From Candidatus Omnitrophota bacterium (GTDB lineage: Bacteria; Omnitrophota; Gorgyraeia; Gygaellales; Profunditerraquicolaceae), in the NCBI GenBank assembly GCA_041309005.1, contig JBFZAN010000031.1, forward strand, positions 1 through 63,663: a stretch of 63,663 nt of DNA, read 5' to 3'. The position numbers and the translations under genes are program-made. The stretch's first letter is position 1, and each line of letters opens with the position of its first letter. Below are positions 19,153-30,210 of the stretch, piece by piece. The notes under the pieces are model-generated. The model ran no database searches and was not told the DNA's origin. It saw only the letters and a program-made list of their open reading frames with translations.

Positions 19153-19210
19153 AAGGCCACAACATTTTTTACAATCCCCTTCCATAGCGATGAAATCCAG
19201 TTGTTAATTC

Positions 19211-21751
19211 ATGAGCAATAAGCATTTATATTTGATCGACGCTACCGCGTTCTGTTATCGCGCTTTCTACGCGCTCAGCGGACTCGCCACGTCCTTCGGT
19301 CAGCCTACGAACGCAGTCTTCGGGTTCATCGTGATGCTTAATAAGGTCATGAAAGAGCACGCGCCTGAGCTCCTGGGGATTTGTTTCGACGTTTCGAGGG
19401 AGACCTTCAGGCAGAAGAAATTTGCGGAATATAAGATCAACCGGCCCCCTATGCCGGAGGGCTTATCCAGCCAGATACCGCTTATCAAGGAGGTCGTGAA
19501 GGCCTTCGGCATAGCGTTGTTCGAGCGGCAAGGGTACGAAGCCGACGATATCATCGCGACCCTCGCCCGCAAAGCTAAAGCAAAAGGCATCGCTACGACC
19601 ATCATAAGTTCCGACAAGGATATATTACAGCTGGTGGATGAGCGTACCTCGGTGTTCAGCCCCTACAAAGATGAAGGCGTCATGTATGACGAAAAGAAAG
19701 TGCACGAGCGTTTCGGGGTGAGCCCCTCCCGGATAAGCGACGTGATCGCGTTGATGGGCGACAGCGTGGACAACATACCGGGCATTCCCGGCGTGGGGGA
19801 AAAGACCGCCGTGGGGCTGATCAAGACCTTTGGCTCCGTGGATTCCTTATTGACCCAGGTCGAACGGATACCCCAGGAAAGAATAAGAACGGCGATACGC
19901 GAGAACGCCGATAAGATAAAGTTAAATAAAGAGCTGACGGTGCTGGATGAAGCGCTGGATTTAACGTTCGACGAGCGCGCATTGGAGGTCCCTGAGCCCG
20001 ACTATCAGGAATTATTCAGGATATACAAGCGCCTTGAATTCAAGGCGTTCTTAAAAGACCTTCCCGTCAAAGAAACCGGGCAGGATACCGTTAAGCCCAA
20101 GCTTTTAAGCGATGAGGCGATAAAAGGGCTCCTTAAGGAAGAAGGCGAATTGATCCTCTACGGGGATACCCTCAAGGATCTTACTTTTTTCGCGCACGCA
20201 ACCGCCTTTCAGGCGGACGGCATAGCTGCGGGCCTCAAAACAGCCTTGTCAAATCCCGCCTGCAGGAAAACAGGCTACGACTTAAAGAGGATGAAACTCG
20301 TCCTGGCAAAAGAAGATATCGCGCTGGAAGGCCTTGAATTCGACGCCATGATCGCAGCGTACCTGCTCAATCCTTCCAAGCCCGAGTATACCCTTAACGA
20401 CACGGCGTGGGATTTTCTGGGCACGCCTTTGCCGTCGGGGCAGCTTGAAGGGGCCAGGGCGGTCAGCGTCATTGCGCAGTTAGTACAAGCGCTTAAAGCG
20501 GCGCTTCAGGAAAAGTCCCTCGCCTCGCTTTTTACTGAAATCGAAATGCCACTGGTCGACGTGCTGGCGCATATGGAGATGACGGGGATAAAAGTAGACC
20601 CCGGCGTGCTTAAGAGGATCTCGGGTGAACTGGAAAAAAGGCTGATCGAACTGAATGAGGCTATCTATTCTTTAAGCGGGTGCCAGTTCAATATCAATTC
20701 CCCCAAGCAGCTTCGCGAGGTGCTATTTGAAAAATTGAAACTGCCCGTGGTGAAAAGGACCAAGACCGGCCCTTCTACCGACGAAGAAGTGTTAAGGAGC
20801 CTGGCGGCCAAGCACAAGCTTCCCGCCTTACTGCTTGAGTACCGCCAGCTGATGAAGTTAAAAACGACGTATGTGGATGCGCTGCCGAACCTGATAGACC
20901 CCGGGACCCAAAGGATCCACACGTCTTTTAACCAGACCGGTACTGAAACCGGCAGGCTCAGTTCCAGCAATCCTAACCTGCAGAATATCCCGATAAAGAC
21001 CGGCATCGGCAGGAGCATCAGGCGCTCGGTGGTTTCCTTCGAAAAAGGCACGTTTCTTCTCTCCTGCGATTATTCGCAGATAGAATTACGGATACTGGCC
21101 CATATTTCCAGAGACGCCCAGCTTATAGACGCGTTTAAAAAGGACGAGGATATACATAAGGCTACCGCCGCGTTGATCCACGGCGTCAAGGAAGGAGACG
21201 TTACCGAAGAGATGCGCACTCTCGCCAAGAGGGTCAATTTCGGCATCGTCTACGGCCTCACTTCGTTCGGCCTCGCCAGGGACCTTTCGATTTCGTTCGA
21301 AGAAGCCCAGGGGTTTATCGACGCCTATTTTGCCCGTTATCCCGGCGTAAAACAGTATATCGATACGCAGATCGCCTCCGCCCGCAAAGACGGGTTTGTC
21401 ACCACGATCCTGGGCAGGAGAAGATATGTCCCCGAGATCACTAATAAGAACCCGATGATACGCCAGCTCGCGGAAAGGCAGGCGGTAAATACTCCCATAC
21501 AGGGCTCGGCGAGCGACCTGATCAAATCAGCCATGGTCCAGATACACCGCGCGATAAAGGAAAAAGGCTTGCAAAGCGCCATGATACTGCAGATACACGA
21601 CGAGCTCCTGTTTGACGTGCCGGATGAAGAAGCGGCAGCATTTATTCCGCTGGTCAAAGATAAGATGGAAAACGTCCTGCGGCTTGAGGTGCCGGTAAAA
21701 GTGGATATGAAAAAAGGGAAGAACTGGGCGGAAATGGAGGAAATAAGATAA
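19211..21751 (+). CDS. polA: DNA polymerase I
   Basis: 5'-3' exonuclease (YLIDAT, GYEADDII, LMGDSVDNIPGIPGVGEKTA), a short degenerate 3'-5' exo region, and the polymerase motifs DYSQIELR, KRVNFGIVYG, LQIHDEL. Confidence 0.98.
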   Translation: MSNKHLYLIDATAFCYRAFYALSGLATSFGQPTNAVFGFIVMLNKVMKEHAPELLGICFDVSRETFRQKKFAEYKINRPPMPEGLSSQIPLIKEVVKAFGIALFERQGYEADDIIATLARKAKAKGIATTIISSDKDILQLVDERTSVFSPYKDEGVMYDEKKVHERFGVSPSRISDVIALMGDSVDNIPGIPGVGEKTAVGLIKTFGSVDSLLTQVERIPQERIRTAIRENADKIKLNKELTVLDEALDLTFDERALEVPEPDYQELFRIYKRLEFKAFLKDLPVKETGQDTVKPKLLSDEAIKGLLKEEGELILYGDTLKDLTFFAHATAFQADGIAAGLKTALSNPACRKTGYDLKRMKLVLAKEDIALEGLEFDAMIAAYLLNPSKPEYTLNDTAWDFLGTPLPSGQLEGARAVSVIAQLVQALKAALQEKSLASLFTEIEMPLVDVLAHMEMTGIKVDPGVLKRISGELEKRLIELNEAIYSLSGCQFNINSPKQLREVLFEKLKLPVVKRTKTGPSTDEEVLRSLAAKHKLPALLLEYRQLMKLKTTYVDALPNLIDPGTQRIHTSFNQTGTETGRLSSSNPNLQNIPIKTGIGRSIRRSVVSFEKGTFLLSCDYSQIELRILAHISRDAQLIDAFKKDEDIHKATAALIHGVKEGDVTEEMRTLAKRVNFGIVYGLTSFGLARDLSISFEEAQGFIDAYFARYPGVKQYIDTQIASARKDGFVTTILGRRRYVPEITNKNPMIRQLAERQAVNTPIQGSASDLIKSAMVQIHRAIKEKGLQSAMILQIHDELLFDVPDEEAAAFIPLVKDKMENVLRLEVPVKVDMKKGKNWAEMEEIR

Positions 21752-21768
21752 TGTCCCGGCTCATGGGC

Positions 21769-21898
21769 TATGCCAAAATTCTCTTCGATAATTTTGGCAT
21801 ATTCGCCGGGATTAATTCGCAGACGCCTCGCTGACGCGAGGCTATGATTTACGTCGCTGGCGGTGCAGCAGGCGCTCCGTAAATCATCTGCTCATTAA
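21769..21898. other. Structured intergenic palindromic element (hairpin + three-way junction)
   Basis: Perfect stems TATGCCAAAATT/AATTTTGGCATA (21769-80/21790-801), GCCTCGC/GCGAGGC (21825-31/21836-42) and ATGATTTACG/CGTAAATCAT (21844-53/21878-87); closing stem TTAAT-TC-GCAG/CTGC-TC-ATTAA (21812-22/21888-98). Confidence 0.75.
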
Positions 21899-21909
21899 GG
21901 AGGGTTGGT

Positions 21910-23292
21910 ATGAAGATAGCGATATGCGCAAGCGAAGTAGTGCCTTTTGCCAAGACGGGTGGCCTGGCTGACGTCGGGGGAGCGTTGCCTTTGGCGCTGG
22001 AAGAAGAAGGCCAGGATGTGATCGTCATCATGCCGGGGTATAAGTCTGTACGTAACCTTAAAGGTGTAAAGATCGAAAGACTGAAAGAGGGCGTTTCTTA
22101 TTCCGTGATCGGCAAGAAAGTAAAGGTCTTTTTTATAGAGAACGACGCCTATTTCGGCCGTGATTCACTCTATGGTGATAAGAGCGGCGATTATAAGGAC
22201 AACCTCGACCGTTTTTCATTTTATTGCCGGCGCGCGATAGAGCTGATGAAAGAAATAAAGTTTAAGCCGGACGTGGTGCACTGCCATGACTGGCAGTCCG
22301 CGCTGATACCCGTGTTCCTGAAGAACTCCTTTGCCGGTGACTCATTTTATAAGAACACTAAAACCGTCTTGACGATCCATAATATCGGCTACCAGGGGCT
22401 ATTCCCTAAAGAGGAGTTCCCGAAGCTGGGCCTTGACTGGAAACTCTTTAATATGGAGATACTGGAGTTTTACGATAAGGTAAATGTGTTAAAAGGCGGC
22501 ATCGTGTTTTCTGACCTCGTGACTACCGTAAGCGCAACGTACAGCAAGGAGATTCAGACCAAGCAATTCGGCTTCGGCCTTGAGGGGATATTGGCCAAAC
22601 GTAAAGCCTCGCTCTCAGGGATATTGAACGGCCTCGATTATTCGATCTGGAACCCCGAGACCGACAAGTATATCGCCGGTAATTATTCTCTGAAAACCAT
22701 AGAGGATAAATCTCAATGCAAAAAAGACCTTCAGAAAATATGCAACCTTCCTCTTAACGAGAAGGTGCCTTTGTTCGGGATCGTCTCAAGGCTCGCGGAA
22801 CAGAAAGGTTTCGATATACTCGCCGAAGACATTGACGCGATCTGCAAGCTTAAACTCCAGATGGTGATCCTGGGGACAGGGGATTTGAAATACCATCAGA
22901 TCCTGGAGGCTATCGTGAAGAAATACCCCAAGGTCGTGTCGCTGCATTTGAAGTTCGACGACTCGCTGGCCCATAAGATCTACGCAGGCTCTGATATTTT
23001 CCTTATGCCTTCCAAGTATGAGCCGTGCGGGCTGGGGCAGTTGATAAGCCTTCGCTACGCAACCCTGCCGTTGGTGTTTAAGACCGGAGGCCTTGCCGAT
23101 ACGGTCACCAGGGAGAACGGCTTTGTGTTCGATATATATAACAAGGAAGAATTGCTTAAGGCCATTAAGGGAGCGATGCTTGTGTTTGGCCAGAAGAAAA
23201 AATGGGCAGCGCTCATGAGCACGGCTATGCAATGTAAATTCTCCTGGAGAGAGTCGGCGAAGAAATACATCCAGCTGTACAAAAAGGCTTAA
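21910..23292 (+). CDS. glgA: Glycogen synthase (ADP-glucose type)
   Basis: PFAKTGGLADV, HCHDWQ, LTIHNIGYQG, GILNGLD, SRLAEQKG, MPSKYEPCGLGQL; SD AAGGAGG at 21897-21903. Confidence 0.97.
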   Translation: MKIAICASEVVPFAKTGGLADVGGALPLALEEEGQDVIVIMPGYKSVRNLKGVKIERLKEGVSYSVIGKKVKVFFIENDAYFGRDSLYGDKSGDYKDNLDRFSFYCRRAIELMKEIKFKPDVVHCHDWQSALIPVFLKNSFAGDSFYKNTKTVLTIHNIGYQGLFPKEEFPKLGLDWKLFNMEILEFYDKVNVLKGGIVFSDLVTTVSATYSKEIQTKQFGFGLEGILAKRKASLSGILNGLDYSIWNPETDKYIAGNYSLKTIEDKSQCKKDLQKICNLPLNEKVPLFGIVSRLAEQKGFDILAEDIDAICKLKLQMVILGTGDLKYHQILEAIVKKYPKVVSLHLKFDDSLAHKIYAGSDIFLMPSKYEPCGLGQLISLRYATLPLVFKTGGLADTVTRENGFVFDIYNKEELLKAIKGAMLVFGQKKKWAALMSTAMQCKFSWRESAKKYIQLYKKA

Positions 23293-23308
23293 CCTTCTAG
23301 CGGATGGT

Positions 23309-23992
23309 TTGATGGCGTTAAAGTGTGCGCGGGGCAAACTGGTTCTCGGTCTGACTGGAAGTTTCGGCAGCGGTAAAAGCACCGTCGCCGGGATGTTTCA
23401 GGCGCTCGGCGCGAAGGTCCTGGACGCCGACAGGATCGCCCACGGCCTTTATAAGCCCGGGACAAGAGTGCACGCAAGGATCCGCAACGCGTTCGGGCAT
23501 AAGGCGCTGAATGAAGATGGCGCGATCGACCGTGCGAGGCTGGGGCGTCTTGCCTTCGGTAACGGGCGGCTGTTGTTACGCCTCAACAGGATTACCCATC
23601 CGGAGATCGCGCGGATCATCAAGAAGAAAATAAAAGCCTCTGACGCAGCCCTGACAGTATTGGATGCGCCTTTATTGATAGAGGCGGGTTTAAAAAAACT
23701 GGCGGATGTCCTCATTGTAGTGGATATCCGAAAAGCCACGCAGATAGCCAGGGTCCGGGCCAGGACCGGGCTCGCCAGGCAGGCGATAGCGCAAAGGATC
23801 GCCCACCAGATGCCTTTGCGGAATAAAGTCCGCAGCGCGGATTTTGTGATAGATAATAACGGCGCACGGAGTCACACAAGAAAGCAGGTAAAGCGGATAT
23901 GGGAACAAATAACCAGGCAGGGACCAAAGCGCAGACAGAAAACAATGTGCCAAGACGTGAAAAAAAGGGGGAGGAAAGAGTGGAAAAGCTAG
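23309..23992 (+). CDS. coaE: Dephospho-CoA kinase
   Basis: [42 protein letters not shown]; carries a basic C-terminal extension overlapping the rho start. Confidence 0.93.
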   Translation: MMALKCARGKLVLGLTGSFGSGKSTVAGMFQALGAKVLDADRIAHGLYKPGTRVHARIRNAFGHKALNEDGAIDRARLGRLAFGNGRLLLRLNRITHPEIARIIKKKIKASDAALTVLDAPLLIEAGLKKLADVLIVVDIRKATQIARVRARTGLARQAIAQRIAHQMPLRNKVRSADFVIDNNGARSHTRKQVKRIWEQITRQGPKRRQKTMCQDVKKRGRKEWKS

Positions 23993-25236
23993 ATATCGGC
24001 AATCTGAAGGACATGAAGATCGTGGAGTTGAACAAATATGCGAAAGAGCTGAACGTCATCGGCATGAGCGGCCTTAAAAAGCAGGACCTCATTTTCAAGA
24101 TCCTCCAGGCGCAGGCGGAAAAAGAAGGCCTTATGTTCGGCGAAGGCATCCTTGAGATATTGCCTGAAGGCTTCGGTTTTTTAAGGAGCCCGAATTATAA
24201 TTACCTGCCCTGCCCCGACGACATTTATATATCCCCCTCGCAGATAAGGAAGTTCGACTTAAGGACAGGCGATACGGTAAGCGGCCAGATCCGTCCTCCC
24301 AAGGAAGGTGAAAAGTATTTCGCCCTGCTGAAGGTAGAAGCGGTAAACTTCGAAAACCCGGAAGAGGCTAAAGAAAAGATACTCTTCGATAACCTGACCC
24401 CCATATACCCTCACCACAGGTTCATCCTTGAGACAAAGCCGGATGAGGTTTCCATGCGGGTCATGAGCCTGCTGACCCCTTTAGGCAAAGGCCAGCGCGG
24501 CCTCATCGTCGCGCAGCCCTACAGCGGCAAGACGGTGCTTCTGCAGAAGATCGCCAACGCCATCATGAACAACCACCCGGATGTCATCCTGATCGTGTTG
24601 CTTATCGATGAGCGCCCCGAGGAAGTTACCGATATGCAGAGGAATGTCAAGGGAGAAGTGATCTCATCCACCTTCGATGAGCCTCCCGAGAGGCATTTGC
24701 AGGTAGCCGAGATCGTGTTGGAAAAGGCAAAAAGGCTGGTCGAACATAAAAGGGACGTGGTAGTGCTCCTGGACAGCATTACCCGTCTTGCCCGCGCCTA
24801 CAACGCGGTAGTGCCGCACAGCGGTAAAGTGCTCTCCGGCGGTATCGACGCCAACGCCCTGCAGAAACCAAAGCGGTTCTTCGGCGCTGCCCGGGAGATA
24901 GAAGAAGGCGGCAGCCTCACTATCATCGCCACTGCCCTCGTAGATACCGGCAGCCGCATGGACGAGGTCATCTTCGAGGAGTTCAAGGGCACCGGCAACA
25001 TGGAGTTACAGCTCGACAGGAATTTATTCCAGCGCAGGATCTACCCCGCAATCGATATAAAACGCTCCAACACCCGCCATGAAGAGCTGTTGTTGAAGCC
25101 CGATGAGCTGCAGAGGGTCTGGATCTTAAGGAAGGTTTTAAACGATCTCAATAACGTGGAAGCCATGGAACTTTTGATCGAGAAGCTCGCAAAGACCAAG
25201 AATAACGAGGAATTCCTGAATAGCATGAATCAATAA
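23980..25236 (+). CDS. rho: Transcription termination factor Rho
   Basis: [60 protein letters not shown] 23980 after the GGGGGAGG SD is preferred to the ORF-track start. Confidence 0.98.
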   Translation: MEKLDIGNLKDMKIVELNKYAKELNVIGMSGLKKQDLIFKILQAQAEKEGLMFGEGILEILPEGFGFLRSPNYNYLPCPDDIYISPSQIRKFDLRTGDTVSGQIRPPKEGEKYFALLKVEAVNFENPEEAKEKILFDNLTPIYPHHRFILETKPDEVSMRVMSLLTPLGKGQRGLIVAQPYSGKTVLLQKIANAIMNNHPDVILIVLLIDERPEEVTDMQRNVKGEVISSTFDEPPERHLQVAEIVLEKAKRLVEHKRDVVVLLDSITRLARAYNAVVPHSGKVLSGGIDANALQKPKRFFGAAREIEEGGSLTIIATALVDTGSRMDEVIFEEFKGTGNMELQLDRNLFQRRIYPAIDIKRSNTRHEELLLKPDELQRVWILRKVLNDLNNVEAMELLIEKLAKTKNNEEFLNSMNQ

Positions 25237-25267
25237 TGAAGGCATACCTAACACAGAGGAGTAGAAA

Positions 25268-25468
25268 ATGAAAGACAAGATTCATCCAAACTACAAAGAA
25301 GCGACGATCGTATGCGCGTGCGGAGAGATCGTGCATACCCGCTCGACCAAGCCGAGCATCAGGGTAGAGATATGCTCCAAATGCCATCCCTTTTTTACGG
25401 GCAAACAGAAATTGATAGATTCCGCCGGCAGGGTGGATAAATTCTTGAAGAAATATGGCAAAAAATGA
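25268..25468 (+). CDS. rpmE: 50S ribosomal protein L31 (Zn-binding type)
   Basis: [38 protein letters not shown]. Confidence 0.98.
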   Translation: MKDKIHPNYKEATIVCACGEIVHTRSTKPSIRVEICSKCHPFFTGKQKLIDSAGRVDKFLKKYGKK

Positions 25469-26531
25469 TCTCTGGCTCGAGCGGCTTCAGAAGCTGGAAA
25501 GCCGCTATGTGGAACTTGAGCACCTTCTGGCCTCGCATGAAGTGCTTGCTAACGCCGACCAGTACAACAGGTACGCAAAAGAGCTTTCCGGTTTGAAAGA
25601 GCCCGTATCTTTATTCAAGGAGTACAAGAAGGTATCCCGGGAACTGAAAGACCTGGAAACGATACTCAAGGACAAGCATGACGCCGAATTCGTGCAACTG
25701 GCGGAAAAAGAGGTAAAAGACCTGCGTTCAAACGGAGCCGCCTTAGAGGACAGGCTTAAAGGGCTCTTGCGCGGAGAAGACAAAGATGCCGGTAAAGACG
25801 TAATGGTTGAGATCAGGCAGGGTACCGGAGGCCTTGAGGCAGCGCTGTTTGCCGCGGACCTCTACCGCATGTATACGAAATACGCTGTTCGAAAAAACTG
25901 GAGCGCGGAACTGATGTCCGCTCATGAAACCGATGTGGGCGGATTCAAGGAAATAATCTTCAGCGTCAAGGGCGCAGACGTCTATAAAAGGCTTAAGTTT
26001 GAAAGCGGCGTCCACCGGGTGCAGCGTGTTCCTTCGACGGAATCGCAGGGACGCATTCACACTTCTACCGCTACCGTCGCGGTGCTGGTCGAGCCCGAAG
26101 AAGTCGAATTTTCGATAGAACCGAAAGATTTGAGGATAGATACCTACAGGTCATCCGGCCCCGGGGGACAGCACATGCAGAAGACCGATTCAGCCGTTCG
26201 GATCACGCATATACCCAGCGGCATCGCCATCGCCTGCCAGGATGAGCGCTCGCAGATGAAGAATAAAGCCAAGGCGCTGAGGATCCTGCGCGCGCGTCTC
26301 CTGGATGTTAAAAAGCAGGAAGAGTTCAAGAGGATGTCGCAGGAGCGCAAGACCCAGATCGGCTCGGGAGACAGGAGCGAGAAGATACGCACCTATAACT
26401 TTCCCGACAGGAGGATTACGGACCATCGTATCAATTTTACCTCGCATCAGCTGGAGGCGGTCCTGGAAGGGGACATGGAGGAGCTTTCCGACGCATTGAT
26501 CAAGGCCGCCGAAGAAAAAGCCAATGAATGA
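25455..26531 (+). CDS. prfA: Peptide chain release factor 1
   Basis: PxT motif in [12 protein letters not shown] motif, [20 protein letters not shown]. Confidence 0.98.
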   Translation: MAKNDLWLERLQKLESRYVELEHLLASHEVLANADQYNRYAKELSGLKEPVSLFKEYKKVSRELKDLETILKDKHDAEFVQLAEKEVKDLRSNGAALEDRLKGLLRGEDKDAGKDVMVEIRQGTGGLEAALFAADLYRMYTKYAVRKNWSAELMSAHETDVGGFKEIIFSVKGADVYKRLKFESGVHRVQRVPSTESQGRIHTSTATVAVLVEPEEVEFSIEPKDLRIDTYRSSGPGGQHMQKTDSAVRITHIPSGIAIACQDERSQMKNKAKALRILRARLLDVKKQEEFKRMSQERKTQIGSGDRSEKIRTYNFPDRRITDHRINFTSHQLEAVLEGDMEELSDALIKAAEEKANE

Positions 26532-27315
26532 ATCAGAGCTTCTGTTTACCGATATCTTGCGCTGTGAGAGGCTTGATCTGTATCTGCATAAGGATATGCG
26601 GCTAAGCCAGCCTGCCGCGAAGCGGGTCTCCCGGGTATTTAAACGCAGGCTCGCCGGAGAGCCCTTCGAGTATATTCTGGGCAGGGCCGAGTTCATGGGT
26701 ATGGGTTTTAAGGTCACTGAAGATGTGCTTATCCCCAGGCCTGAAACGGAAATCCTGGTCGAAAAGGCCGTCGTTTTTTCGCGCGGCTTACGCCTTAAAG
26801 GATACCGCGTGAAGATCCTCGATATAGGTACCGGCAGCGGCAATATCGCGGTATCGATGGGAAAGCTGCTTCCTCTTTCCCGGATTTGCGCCATAGATGT
26901 TTCTGGTAACGCTTTGCGTGTTGCCGGTGAAAACGCGCGCGCACACAGGGTGGATATCGATTTTATACGGGGCGATTTCTTCGCGCACCCGTCGCTTCCT
27001 CATGCGCCGTACGACCTGATTATAAGTAACCCTCCGTATATCCGCACGGATGAGATCGATTGCCTGCAGCCGGAAGTCAGGCGCCAGCCGCGTATCGCGC
27101 TTGATGGAGGCGAAGACGGCCTGCGTTTTTATCGCGCTATAATCGGGGAATCCCCCCGTTTTTTCAGGAGGGGAGGGTTGCTGTTCATGGAGATGGGCTG
27201 CGGCCAGGGCGGGGCAATACAACAAATGCTTGCCGATTCGAAGAAATTCGACTTAATGGAAGTCATCAAAGATTACCGCGGGATCGACAGGATAATAGTT
27301 GCGAAATCCGTGTAG
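26524..27315 (+). CDS. prmC: Release factor glutamine methyltransferase
   Basis: VLIPRPETE, LDIGTGSG, ISNPPY, ALDGGEDGL; follows prfA. Confidence 0.96.
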   Translation: MNESELLFTDILRCERLDLYLHKDMRLSQPAAKRVSRVFKRRLAGEPFEYILGRAEFMGMGFKVTEDVLIPRPETEILVEKAVVFSRGLRLKGYRVKILDIGTGSGNIAVSMGKLLPLSRICAIDVSGNALRVAGENARAHRVDIDFIRGDFFAHPSLPHAPYDLIISNPPYIRTDEIDCLQPEVRRQPRIALDGGEDGLRFYRAIIGESPRFFRRGGLLFMEMGCGQGGAIQQMLADSKKFDLMEVIKDYRGIDRIIVAKSV

Positions 27316-27351
27316 CCTTTAGAGGGCCGGACAGGGAAGAAGGATCTGAAT

Positions 27352-28614
27352 ATGGATAAGCTGGTTATCGAAGGAGGCGTCAGGTTAAAAGGAGAAGTAG
27401 CGGTCTCCGGCTCCAAAAATTCGGTGCTGCCCGTATTGGCGGCTACGCTTTTGACCGATGCGCCCTGCGTGATCACGAATGTGCCTAACTTACGGGATAC
27501 TATTACGATGCTTAAGATCCTGCGTTCTCTCGGCAAAACGGCAGAATTCGACAAAGGCGCGGTAACGATAACTTCAACCAGCGCCCCGGGGTTTACCGCC
27601 GATTACAAGCTTGTTTCTACCATGCGTGCGTCGTTTTGCGTGCTGGGGCCGCTTCTGGGAAAGCAGAAGAAAGCCAAGGTTTCCCTTCCCGGGGGCTGCG
27701 TGATCGGGTTGAGGCCGGTCGACCTGCATCTTAAAGGGATAAAAACATTAGGGGCCCAGGTGAATATCGAATCCGGTTACGTAATCGCAAAAGCGGCGCG
27801 TCTTAAGGGACGCCATGTGTACCTGGGGGGCGAGTACGGCTCTTCGGTCCTGGCGACCGATAACGTGATGATGGCAGCCTGCCTGGCGCAGGGCAAGACC
27901 ACTATTGAATCGGCAGCGTGTGAGCCTGAAGTAGCGGATTTAGGGGAATTCCTCATAAAGATGGGCGCCCGGATCAAAGGACACGGTACGCCGGTAATAG
28001 AAATAGAAGGGGTAAAGAAATTACACGGCGCTCAGCATGCCATCATCCCCGACCGCATCGAAACAGCCACGTTCATACTGGCCTCGCTTATCACCGAGGG
28101 GGATATTCTCATAAAGAACGCCTCCCCAAAACACCTGGGCGCGCTTATTGATAAGCTGGAAGAAGCGGGCGCCCTGATCCATAGAGGCGATAGCTCCATA
28201 CGGGCGGTCTTAAAGAGGAAGCTTAAGCCGATCAATATCACGACGCTGCCTTACCCAGGTTTTCCGACTGACGCGCAGGCCCAGATCATGAGCCTGATGA
28301 GCGTGACCGGCGGCATCAGCGTCATTACCGAAAAGATATATCCGGACAGGTTCATGCATGTTGCCGAGCTTAACCGCATGGGCGCGCATATCCAGAGGGA
28401 AGGCCCCCACGCGATCGTAGAAGGGGTGAAATATTTATCAGGCGCTCCGGTTATGGCGTCTGACCTTCGGGCTTCGGCCTGTTTAGTGCTTGCGGGGCTC
28501 ATTGCCCGCGGCAAGACTTCCGTGTCCAGGATTTACCATTTAGAGCGCGGTTACGAAGACCTGGAGCGTAAGTTGCAGAAATTAGGCGCCAGGATCTGGA
28601 GAGAGAAGGAATAA
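27352..28614 (+). CDS. murA: UDP-N-acetylglucosamine 1-carboxyvinyltransferase
   Basis: [33 protein letters not shown] (catalytic Cys), PDRIE, PGFPTD, DLRAS, HLERGYE. Confidence 0.98.
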   Translation: MDKLVIEGGVRLKGEVAVSGSKNSVLPVLAATLLTDAPCVITNVPNLRDTITMLKILRSLGKTAEFDKGAVTITSTSAPGFTADYKLVSTMRASFCVLGPLLGKQKKAKVSLPGGCVIGLRPVDLHLKGIKTLGAQVNIESGYVIAKAARLKGRHVYLGGEYGSSVLATDNVMMAACLAQGKTTIESAACEPEVADLGEFLIKMGARIKGHGTPVIEIEGVKKLHGAQHAIIPDRIETATFILASLITEGDILIKNASPKHLGALIDKLEEAGALIHRGDSSIRAVLKRKLKPINITTLPYPGFPTDAQAQIMSLMSVTGGISVITEKIYPDRFMHVAELNRMGAHIQREGPHAIVEGVKYLSGAPVMASDLRASACLVLAGLIARGKTSVSRIYHLERGYEDLERKLQKLGARIWREKE

Positions 28615-28624
28615 GGGGCCAGCG

Positions 28625-29188
28625 ATGGTACTGATGATCGATAACTACGATTCTTTTACCTATAACCTGGTGCAATATCTGGGTGAGCTGGGCGAGGTTA
28701 TAAAGGTATACAGGAACGATAAAATAACTATTCCTTTGATCAAAAAATATAAGCCTGCAAAGATAGTCATCTCTCCCGGGCCGGGCAGGCCCGAAGATGC
28801 CGGGATTTCCTGCGCGGTGATACGCGAGTTCGCCGGCAAGGTGCCCATACTGGGGGTGTGTTTAGGCCACCAGTCTATCGGGTATGTGTACGGGGGCCGT
28901 ATTGTGGGCGCCAGAAAACTTATGCACGGCAAGACTTCTTTCATCCATCATTCGGGTAAAGGGATTTTTAAGGGGATACCCAATCCATTTGAGGCGACGC
29001 GCTACCACTCGTTAGTGGTCCAGAAAAAGAGCCTTCCCTCGTGTCTGGAAATAACCGCCTGGACGAAAGAGGGTGAGGTCATGGGATTAGCGCATAGGAA
29101 ATTTCCCGTGTGGGGGGTGCAGTTCCACCCGGAATCCATTTTGACAAAAGCAGGCAAGGATATCCTTGCTAACTTTCTTAAGGTATGA
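28625..29188 (+). CDS. trpG: Anthranilate synthase component II (glutamine amidotransferase)
   Basis: [34 protein letters not shown]; heads the trp genes. Confidence 0.93.
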   Translation: MVLMIDNYDSFTYNLVQYLGELGEVIKVYRNDKITIPLIKKYKPAKIVISPGPGRPEDAGISCAVIREFAGKVPILGVCLGHQSIGYVYGGRIVGARKLMHGKTSFIHHSGKGIFKGIPNPFEATRYHSLVVQKKSLPSCLEITAWTKEGEVMGLAHRKFPVWGVQFHPESILTKAGKDILANFLKV

Positions 29189-30210
29189 TTGTAGAGGCCA
29201 CTGCGCAATTAGCCCGTAGGCTCGACCTGAGCGCTTCTTCCATGGAAGAGACCATGGAAGAGATAATGAGCGGCAAGGCGCACACCGAAGAGATCGTCTC
29301 TTTCCTGACCGCGCTCGCCGATAAAGGCGAGACGGTAAGTGAAATAGCGGCCGCGGTGTCGGTCATGCGCAGGTTCGCTACCGCGATAACGGTAGAAAAT
29401 AAAGTGATACTGGACACCTGCGGCACGGGGGGAGATACAAAAGGCACGTTCAATGTCTCGACCATCGTAGCGTTTGTAGCCAGCGGCGCGGGGGTAACCG
29501 TTGCAAAACACGGCAACCGTTCCGTATCGAGCCGCTCGGGCAGCGCGGATATCCTGGAGGCCGCGGGTGTTAACATCCGCATGGGCCGGGATGCGGTGAA
29601 ACAGTGCCTTGAAAGCGCGGGGATCGCGTTTCTCTTCGCGCCTGATTTTCATCCCGCGATGCAATATGCCATGGCAGCCAGGCGCCAGATGGGAAGGCGT
29701 ACCATTTTTAATATCCTGGGTCCTCTCACTAATCCCGCAGGGGCCACCCACCAGCTGGTGGGCGTATTCTCCTCAGCCTGGACGCAGAAAGTAGCCAGCG
29801 TGCTGGCTGCGTTAGGCACGGTGCACGCGATGGTCGTCTACGGTAAAGACGGCCTCGATGAAATAACCACGACCGCCCAGACGCAGGTCTCTGAAGTGTT
29901 CGAAGGCGCGGTCAGGAACTATGAGATTACGCCGGAAGAGTTCGGTTTCAAAAGGGCAAGGCTTTCGGACCTGGAAGGCGGTTCACCGAGAGATAATGCC
30001 AGGATACTGCTTGAGGTGTTAGGGGGGCAGGAAGGCTTTGCCAGGGATATCGTCTTGTTGAACGCAGCCGCGGCACTCTGCGCGGCTGATAGGGCTGCCT
30101 CTATCCCGGAAGGGATAGCGCTGGCTAAAGAATCCATTGACGCAAAGAAAGCGCTTGAAAAATTTGAATTATTAAGAGATCTTTCCCACGGCCATTCTTT
30201 ACAAGGATGA
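29185..30210 (+). CDS. trpD: Anthranilate phosphoribosyltransferase
   Basis: [46 protein letters not shown]. Confidence 0.97.
   Translation: MIVEATAQLARRLDLSASSMEETMEEIMSGKAHTEEIVSFLTALADKGETVSEIAAAVSVMRRFATAITVENKVILDTCGTGGDTKGTFNVSTIVAFVASGAGVTVAKHGNRSVSSRSGSADILEAAGVNIRMGRDAVKQCLESAGIAFLFAPDFHPAMQYAMAARRQMGRRTIFNILGPLTNPAGATHQLVGVFSSAWTQKVASVLAALGTVHAMVVYGKDGLDEITTTAQTQVSEVFEGAVRNYEITPEEFGFKRARLSDLEGGSPRDNARILLEVLGGQEGFARDIVLLNAAAALCAADRAASIPEGIALAKESIDAKKALEKFELLRDLSHGHSLQG

Noticed and set aside
21832-21834. Selenocysteine read-through of the TGA in the small ORF
   Set aside because: The peptide has no redox motif, the TGA is inside the hairpin loop rather than upstream of a SECIS-like hairpin, and no sel genes are in the window.
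23899-23979. N-terminal extension of Rho as given in the ORF track
   Set aside because: GTG 23980 has a strong SD and yields a normal-length Rho; the extension overlaps coaE.
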